Shown in pieces: positions 6,418-12,534 of a stretch of 22,166 bases of DNA (positions are counted from its first letter, which is position 1; each line of letters begins with the position of its first letter). This DNA comes from a virus. Under the pieces are notes generated by a model. It was not told where the DNA came from. It worked only from the letters and a program-made list of their open reading frames with translations, and did not search any database. The position numbers and the translations under genes are program-made. The stretch lies in the IMG/VR virus record IMGVR_UViG_3300044971_003869, one strand, 5' to 3'.

Positions 6418-7041
6418 CTAGGCAAACTTTGACTGACTAGCAAATACAGTAAAGGTACTAGCTGCTGTTTTGATAATCGTCAAAGTATAAACATCTACAG
6501 AGTTTGCATTTCCGCTTGGCGCAGATCCACCAAACCATTTTGTTGACACTGTTGCATTCGTATCAATTGTGACACTGCTTAAATTTCTGGCAGTTGAGTT
6601 TGTGCAGAACAAAACTACAGTTAAAGACTGCCCAGTAGACATAAGAGAATCTAGTGTATTAGAAGAATTTCCCCTTATATTAAATGTGAAGTTGCCACTT
6701 GAATTTGATGTATAGTAATAAACAGCTCCTGACAACATGTCTATGTTTACTGTTCCAGTGAGCGCAGTGGACGATAAGGAAGCCTGCTCTAAAGATTGTT
6801 GAAGTGTTGTTGTTCCAGTAATGGTTAAGCTGTTATCTGTTTTTAAAACACCCGCTGAGGACCTATATATATTAGTGTCTGAATTTCCAGAACCAGAACT
6901 CCATTTTATTTTGCCTCCAGCATCAATTGCAAAGTTTGGAGTAGCACTGCTAGATGGGCCTATCTCAATAGCATTATCTGAAGATGTACTAAATTTTTGA
7001 GCACGAATTAAATTATAAAAATTAGGCATGGCCTCAACCAC
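6418..7041 (-). CDS. tail-fibre-like protein (short), C-terminal domain paralogous to the 888-aa fibre
   Basis: N-terminal ...IDAGGKIKWSSGSGNSDTNIYRSSAGVLKTDNSLTITG is typical of phage fibres. The last ~135 aa align with the C-terminus of 9583..12249, and both end in ASQSKFA. The start is either GTG 7041 or ATG 7029. Confidence 0.8.
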   Translation of the reverse strand: MVEAMPNFYNLIRAQKFSTSSDNAIEIGPSSSATPNFAIDAGGKIKWSSGSGNSDTNIYRSSAGVLKTDNSLTITGTTTLQQSLEQASLSSTALTGTVNIDMLSGAVYYYTSNSSGNFTFNIRGNSSNTLDSLMSTGQSLTVVLFCTNSTARNLSSVTIDTNATVSTKWFGGSAPSGNANSVDVYTLTIIKTAASTFTVFASQSKFA

Positions 7042-7076
7042 ATTCCTTCTATGTAGGGCCCTTCAAGGCTTATTTA

Positions 7077-7084
7077 AATAGTAA
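7077..7084 (-). promoter_or_regulatory. TTACTATT motif copy
   Basis: Lies 35 nt upstream of GTG 7041 (47 nt upstream of ATG 7029), directly after the stop of the 366-aa gene. Confidence 0.3.
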
Positions 7085-7091
7085 TAAAATC

Positions 7092-8192
7092 TCAAACTTG
7101 ACACAAGTCTAATATGTCTTTGTAGTTACCAAAGACCTCAACAAATATTGAGTACATACCATATGCTTCTGGATTTTTGTTTTTAAGAGCTATTTTTACT
7201 GCTTCTATTTGAGATCCATCAAATGAATTAAAATCTAATCCAAGACCGTCAAGTATTATTGACTGTTGGGTTTGTAGTTTTTCTATTTCTTTTTGTAAAA
7301 TATAATTTTTATCCTCTTCAGAAAGATTGATATTAAATATATTAATTAAATTAGACAATGAAAGATGAGCTACTCTTTTTAGCACTTCGGTATTCATTAA
7401 TTGAGTTAATGAGCCAAACGAATCTGTGCCTACCTTAGCATCTGGATCACCGGACAAATATTTAAAAACTTGCATGTCTGGTTGAGTAGATCTAATCTCA
7501 TTTTTAAATTCTTCAGAAAATTTTAATGTATTAATAAAGTTTTTTGCTCTAGAAGAAATTGTCTCATTGTTATTCCATGGCTCTTCTGTAACGTCTGACC
7601 ATTCAATAATCTGCTTTAAGTTTCCTTGGAGTGTTTTAGATGTTCTTGGAAATGGGTCTTCATTTAAATAATAATTTTCATCTACGTTTGCATGAATGTA
7701 TATTAGATGAGCAACGGAATTAATAGAAAATATTGGTTCATAAACATATAGATCTTCAAGATTATCAATCAAAGGAACTGGATCTGCATCATCTTTCATA
7801 AAAGTCTCAGGCCCATACTTATCGTAGTGACATCTCCATGCATTCCATACTGGAATTGAATCATGGAATAAGAATCCACCAACAGAATCATTTGGATCAT
7901 TGTCATAATATCTTTTAATTCTTTCAAATATTTGAAGATTAATTATTTCCTCTTCAATACCATCAGAAGCTACAAGATTATTTAAAGCAAAAATGCTTAA
8001 GCTATGGTTGAAGCAAATAAGTATATTGTTGTCCGGAAGTCTAAGAGCTTTAATGTTATCTTCATAAACTTTATTCTCTTCTATTTTTTTAAGAAATATT
8101 GTTATTTCTTCAGAGGTTTTTCCAATATGCTGTAGCACAAAGAAAGTTGAGTATTCATCAATAACTTCTTTATTAAAATTTTCTATAATCAT
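7092..8192 (-). CDS. hypothetical acidic protein, 366 aa (orphan)
   Basis: Long ORF. AAGGAG lies 4 nt before ATG 8192 and overlaps the upstream stop codon. No motif recognised. Markedly AT-rich (15 G+C in 7261-7320). Confidence 0.8.
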   Translation of the reverse strand: MIIENFNKEVIDEYSTFFVLQHIGKTSEEITIFLKKIEENKVYEDNIKALRLPDNNILICFNHSLSIFALNNLVASDGIEEEIINLQIFERIKRYYDNDPNDSVGGFLFHDSIPVWNAWRCHYDKYGPETFMKDDADPVPLIDNLEDLYVYEPIFSINSVAHLIYIHANVDENYYLNEDPFPRTSKTLQGNLKQIIEWSDVTEEPWNNNETISSRAKNFINTLKFSEEFKNEIRSTQPDMQVFKYLSGDPDAKVGTDSFGSLTQLMNTEVLKRVAHLSLSNLINIFNINLSEEDKNYILQKEIEKLQTQQSIILDGLGLDFNSFDGSQIEAVKIALKNKNPEAYGMYSIFVEVFGNYKDILDLCQV

Positions 8193-8200
8193 AATTCTCC

Positions 8201-9575
8201 TTATGGACCATAATACTTAAATATTATAGCACCGCTATTTCCATTAGCGCCACCAGGAAATAGTAATGAATTAGGGTCTCCACCATTTCCTCCTTTACCG
8301 TGCATGTCTGATGCATGCGAAGTTCCTTGTCCACTAGATCCTGATCCGGAACCGCCGCCTCCACCAGTTAAGCCATTAGTGGTTGTTGATGCTCCAGCGT
8401 TTCCGCCAACGTAAGTTCCTCCAGTGCCAGTATGACTAGCGCCTGCTCCAGCTGTTCCAGCTCCACCACCACCAGCATATATTGCAGATTTACCACTTAA
8501 ATCATATCTACCCTGTCCTCCAGCGTTTCCATTAGCTGAACCACCATCATTATCTCTTGTACCAGTAGATGGGGAAGATGAAATTGCACCTTCGCCTCCT
8601 ACAGCAGAAATTGTTGTATTAGTTCCGGTTATAGAAGTTGTTCCTCCAGTGCCACCTCTGGTTACAGGACTAGAATCAAGAGTAAACCCTGCTGCACCTC
8701 CGCCTCCTATTGTCCAACTTACGATCCTTGATCCGTCTGTTACTAAAGCACTTGCATGCGAGTTAAGAGTTCCACCACCGCCACCTCCAGCCCAGCCTGC
8801 ACCGCCTCCGCCACCAACTACAGCAATTTGGTAAATATAAACTGGTTGGGCAGATCCTCCAGTTGGGGTGACTGTGTCTATAGTGCGTGAACCATTTGTG
8901 TTGCTTGGCCCCTGTGTTTTTAGTGTCCAAGGAGTAAATGATGTTGAAGAAGAATAAACTGTACCTGCTGCATTAACTGCTTTAGCTCTTACATAATATG
9001 GTTGACCGTCTGATAAGAATCCAGTTGCATTAAAATATGCTGAAGCGCTGTTTGTTGTTACTGGAGAGCCGACTGCAGTCCCTGCTTTAGAGGTAGTCGC
9101 ATCCCATGAGGAGTTATCTCTACTCCATTCAAATGTGACAGTAGTGCTTGCTCCACCCCAAGAAACAGTTGCATTATAAGTTGCGAGTTCTTGGTTGTAA
9201 TTTGTAACGGAATTAATTGTAACTGTTGCAGTTGTTCTCGGTGTAGTATTCGTTGACAATGTTGCAGATGCGGCACCGCCGCCAAGAGTATTGACAGCTC
9301 TTAGCTGAACGTTGTATGCGGTTCCATTTGTTAATCCAGGAATTGTAATAGGACTAGTTGAATCTGCTGGACTTAATGCCGTCCATGTAGAGCCACTATT
9401 TAAGGAATATTCATAATTAGTTATTTCTAGTCCACCGATTAAATGCAGGTGCAGTAAAAGAAATTACCAACTGACCATTTCCTGGAGTAGAAGACAAAGA
9501 TGTTGGAGCGTCGGGAGTAGTTCCACCACCAAAATATCCTCTAGCTGCTTGTCCTCTTCCTGCTAAAAATGGCAT
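8201..9575 (-). CDS. FN3-FN3-glycine-rich structural protein, interrupted by a 1-nt frameshift at 9437 (pseudogene, sequencing error or +1 recoding)
   Basis: ATG 9575 opens a 52-codon frame that stops at 9417-9419. The downstream frame is open from 9463 and has no ATG/GVG-type start other than the TTG at 9259. Deleting the C at 9437 joins ...GQLVISFTAPAFN to GGLEITNYEYSLNSGSTW..., giving one intact fibronectin-III domain. The C-terminal half is Gly-rich (VVGGGGGAGWAGGGGGG ... GAIIFKYYGP). Confidence 0.75.
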
Positions 9576-9582
9576 AAGTTAC

Positions 9583-12249
9583 CTACGCAAACTTAGATTG
9601 ACTTGCATAAACCGTATAGGTTGCTGATCCGGTTTTAATAATTGTAATAGTATAAACATCTGTTGCACTAGCGTTTCCAGACGGAGTAGAGCCGCCAAAC
9701 CATTTGATTGTTTGGGATGTTCCATCTATATTAATTCCGCTTAAAGATCTTGCTGTTGTATTGGCTATAAATAAAACGGTTGTTATAGATTGATTTGTGG
9801 ACATTAGTGAATTCAAAGATGTTGAACTATTGCCTCTAAAATTAAATGTAAAATCACCAGTAGATGTATATGTATAGATAGCAGAAGTTAAAAGATCTAT
9901 ATTAGTTGTACCTGTTAAGTTGCCGCCTGCGGTTGTTTTTTCTAAAGACTGCTGAAGTGAAGTTGTTCCAGTTAAACTTATGCCAGCAAATGTTGGAGAA
10001 TCACTAGTGGCAACAGCTTGACCTATGGCAACCTGGGCAGAAGATCCTTCTCCTGGAGTGTGCGTAACACTAACTCCTGTTCCAGCGGTTACATCGGATA
10101 AATAATTGCCAACCGTATCAGTGCCAAGATTGATTGGATCATTTACCCAAGCAGAACCATCCCATTTTAAGTAGTCTCCAGATGATGGAGATGGAACAGT
10201 TGTGTCACTTAATTCATCTAAACTAATTGCGTCATTAACCCAAGCCGTACCATTCCATTTAAGGTAATCCCCAGAAGATGGGCTCGGCGCAGTAACATCT
10301 CCAATATTATCTAACCCTGCAACTGTTGCACTAAATGTTTTATTAATCCATTTAGATGTAGCTACATCCCAGGCTAATACTTGATCAGAAGATGGTGCTG
10401 GTGCAACGACATCTGTTAAGTCATCAACAGCAGCAACGACCGTTGCTACACCTGGTATATATTTATTTAAAGATGAACTATACTTAAGAACATTTGTGTC
10501 TGCTGGACTTGTTGTGTCTATTTCTATACCGCCAACTGTAATCTTAGGTATAGTTGCCATCCCAGTAAATGTAGGCGTTGCACTGTTAGCTTTTAGGTCT
10601 AATGCAGCAAGAGGTGCGTAAGCAACAGAATCAAGTGATCCATCTCCCTTTACGAATTGACCAGAGGTTCCACCCTGAGTTATGAACTTCTCTGCGTTTA
10701 TGTACTGGAAGTAGTCAATAGAATTAGCGGTACCGCCAGTTCCTGATGTAGCAGCCAAAGTTGAGGAAAGCTTGTCATAAACACAGTTAAGGATTGAATA
10801 AAAACCGTTTAGTACAACTGGTGCAACATTATTAAGTGCTGAAGTTAAAAATTGACAGTTGGCTAAAGTTATAACGCTTGAGGCTGCGGATGTGACGGCA
10901 TTAGTCACAGCAGCGGGAATAATCGAATCCACAAGAGATAAAGTTCCAGCAGTTAACACTGGAGCAACAGCGACAGCACTCTTAACAATTACATTGGCAC
11001 TAGCATTATTGACTGTTACAAAGTTAGGGTTACCTCCAAAAATTGCAAACAAACCTGCACCAGTAATACTCACAGCGCCAAAATCACACAAACGAGCAAC
11101 CGTGTAATCGGCGTTACTGCTCTTTGTAAAAGTGCCAGAAACCTCGCAGTTGAGTATGTTTACATTTCCCTGAGCAGTGGGCGTACTGACCGTCAGGTTT
11201 GTCATTTTTATGCCCGAGATAGTGCAACCAGTGTTTGTACTTACCGTCCCTGAAATAACTATGTTTCCACCAATAAGACCGGGTCCAGTCAAGGTCGTAT
11301 ATTGAGTGGTTATTGACGGGCTTTCCGTGTATGTACCTGGATGAATGATAACTGTTTTGCGTTGTGAAGTCACTAAAGTAAGGGCTTTAGTAATAGATGC
11401 AACAGGGGTTAGTAAATCACCATTACCAGTAGTGTCATTTCCATCTACTTGGCTAACATGGATTTCATAGTCGTAACCAGTAAAGGTTGGTTGCTTGGAG
11501 TCTAACTGTGCTTGAACCCCCGAAGTAACCCCATCAAGATATCCAATTTCAGTATCTGAAACATTTCCAATAGAGGTTGTTGAAGGAAGAGTGGTCGTTC
11601 CGGTAAATGTTGGACCAGAAGTTGGGGCTTTAGAATTAATTTGTGTCTGTATTGCTGAAGTAACTCCATTTAAATATCCAATTTCAGTATCGGATATATC
11701 TGCTACACGAGTTTGAACTATTGAAGTATCGATTGAGATGTTAGGTGTTGCACCTTCCCCAGAGTTATTGGATATAGTTACGCCAGTTCCAGCTACTAAA
11801 TTCTTAGTATAGTCACCGATAGTATGTAGGCCAAGGGTTACAGAATTTTCTATGATAGAACTTAAATCTAGATAAGTACTTCCATCATTTGTGAACTGCC
11901 ATTTATCTGTCGACTCATTCCATCTAATGGATACGTTTGTAGAAGTACCTCTCTCAACTTCAAGTCCAGCATTCTCTGTTGGGACACCTGTAACATTGCT
12001 ATTTAATATTAAAATATTATCAGCAACTGTTACCGTTTCAACATTAACTGAAACTGTTGTACCAGATACTGTTAAATTACCTGTGATAGTTACGTCATCG
12101 TCAGTGCTTACGGCTGACATATCGTCTCTCAACCAGGACCAAGTAGTGGCGACTAAATTTTCATTATCGTCTTTGTAATAAACTATTCCATTAATTGGAT
12201 CGAGGGCTATCTGCCCTTTGTTAATACTAGGAGGGACGGGTAAAGACAT
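9583..12249 (-). CDS. tail fibre / tail spike, 888 aa, mosaic with central right-handed beta-helix-like region
   Basis: AAGGA lies 6 nt before ATG 12249. Fibre motifs include ADNILILNS...AGLEVERG and a duplicated DTEIGYL(N/D)GVTS..Q.Q..SK. A beta-helix cap-like segment reads VDGNDTTGNGDLLTPVASITKAL...IIHPGTYTES. Three L.DV..P.PSS..L.W...W.N repeats are present. The C-terminal domain is shared with 6418..7041. Confidence 0.9.
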   Translation of the reverse strand: MSLPVPPSINKGQIALDPINGIVYYKDDNENLVATTWSWLRDDMSAVSTDDDVTITGNLTVSGTTVSVNVETVTVADNILILNSNVTGVPTENAGLEVERGTSTNVSIRWNESTDKWQFTNDGSTYLDLSSIIENSVTLGLHTIGDYTKNLVAGTGVTISNNSGEGATPNISIDTSIVQTRVADISDTEIGYLNGVTSAIQTQINSKAPTSGPTFTGTTTLPSTTSIGNVSDTEIGYLDGVTSGVQAQLDSKQPTFTGYDYEIHVSQVDGNDTTGNGDLLTPVASITKALTLVTSQRKTVIIHPGTYTESPSITTQYTTLTGPGLIGGNIVISGTVSTNTGCTISGIKMTNLTVSTPTAQGNVNILNCEVSGTFTKSSNADYTVARLCDFGAVSITGAGLFAIFGGNPNFVTVNNASANVIVKSAVAVAPVLTAGTLSLVDSIIPAAVTNAVTSAASSVITLANCQFLTSALNNVAPVVLNGFYSILNCVYDKLSSTLAATSGTGGTANSIDYFQYINAEKFITQGGTSGQFVKGDGSLDSVAYAPLAALDLKANSATPTFTGMATIPKITVGGIEIDTTSPADTNVLKYSSSLNKYIPGVATVVAAVDDLTDVVAPAPSSDQVLAWDVATSKWINKTFSATVAGLDNIGDVTAPSPSSGDYLKWNGTAWVNDAISLDELSDTTVPSPSSGDYLKWDGSAWVNDPINLGTDTVGNYLSDVTAGTGVSVTHTPGEGSSAQVAIGQAVATSDSPTFAGISLTGTTSLQQSLEKTTAGGNLTGTTNIDLLTSAIYTYTSTGDFTFNFRGNSSTSLNSLMSTNQSITTVLFIANTTARSLSGINIDGTSQTIKWFGGSTPSGNASATDVYTITIIKTGSATYTVYASQSKFA
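10138..10428 (-). repeat. three tandem ~30-aa intragenic repeats in the tail fibre
   Basis: Residues 608-704: DDLTDVVAPAPSSDQVLAWDVATSKWINK / LDNIGDVTAPSPSSGDYLKWNGTAWVND / LDELSDTTVPSPSSGDYLKWDGSAWVND. The repetition is also visible at the DNA level. Confidence 0.7.
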
Positions 12250-12258
12250 TTAAAATCC

Positions 12259-12504
12259 TTATTCTGTTTTAGCTTTTTTATCAACCTTATTAAAAACTTG
12301 ATTAATTTCAGCTACAGAAAGTTTTCCATCATCTAAAAATGCTCTAGAAAGACCTTCTATTACAGTAGCCACACCAGCCATTCCTGCCATAAAGCAAGCT
12401 TTCCATAAAGGAACACCTGCTATAGCTCCAGCACCAATGACGCTAAGCCCTGATGCTGCAAATGTGGCTACTATTCTTAAAATTATATTGTTTAAAGTTT
12501 TCAA
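12259..12504 (-). CDS. small membrane protein, holin-like (r1t-holin-type pattern), 81 aa
   Basis: TTG start at 12504 with GGAGGG 4 nt upstream. Two hydrophobic segments (IVATFAASGLSVIGAGAIAGV, ACFMAGMAGVATVI) are followed by a charged tail. The layout resembles r1t-family holins as I recall them. Confidence 0.55.
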   Translation of the reverse strand: MKTLNNIILRIVATFAASGLSVIGAGAIAGVPLWKACFMAGMAGVATVIEGLSRAFLDDGKLSVAEINQVFNKVDKKAKTE

Positions 12505-12514
12505 CTTACCCTCC

Positions 12515-12522
12515 TATAGTAA
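12515..12522 (-). promoter_or_regulatory. TTACTATA motif copy (TCATTACTATAGG subclass)
   Basis: Lies 10 nt upstream of TTG 12504 and abuts the SD. The position is awkward for a -10 element. Confidence 0.25.
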
Positions 12523-12534
12523 TGATTAATTCTA

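Noticed and set aside
9058-9285. 75-aa minus-strand ORF overlapping the start region of the Gly-rich gene
   Set aside because: It is out of frame with, and entirely inside, the FN3-coding frame, which gives a coherent domain. It is a by-product of the neighbouring frameshift region.
6421-9987. A diversity-generating retroelement (template/variable repeat) as the explanation for the two similar fibre C-termini
   Set aside because: The 16 mismatches in the first 60 aligned nt involve all base types rather than only adenine positions. Identity is only ~73 percent there, and no reverse transcriptase is in the window. This is ordinary paralog divergence.
12505-12534. Resemblance of AATTAATCATTACTATAGGAGGG to T7-type single-subunit RNAP promoters (…ACTATAGG…)
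   Set aside because: Only the ACTATA(G) core is shared. The -17 to -7 region is not conserved among the seven copies, several copies are not followed by G, and no phage RNAP is visible. A host-type -10 element is the simpler reading.
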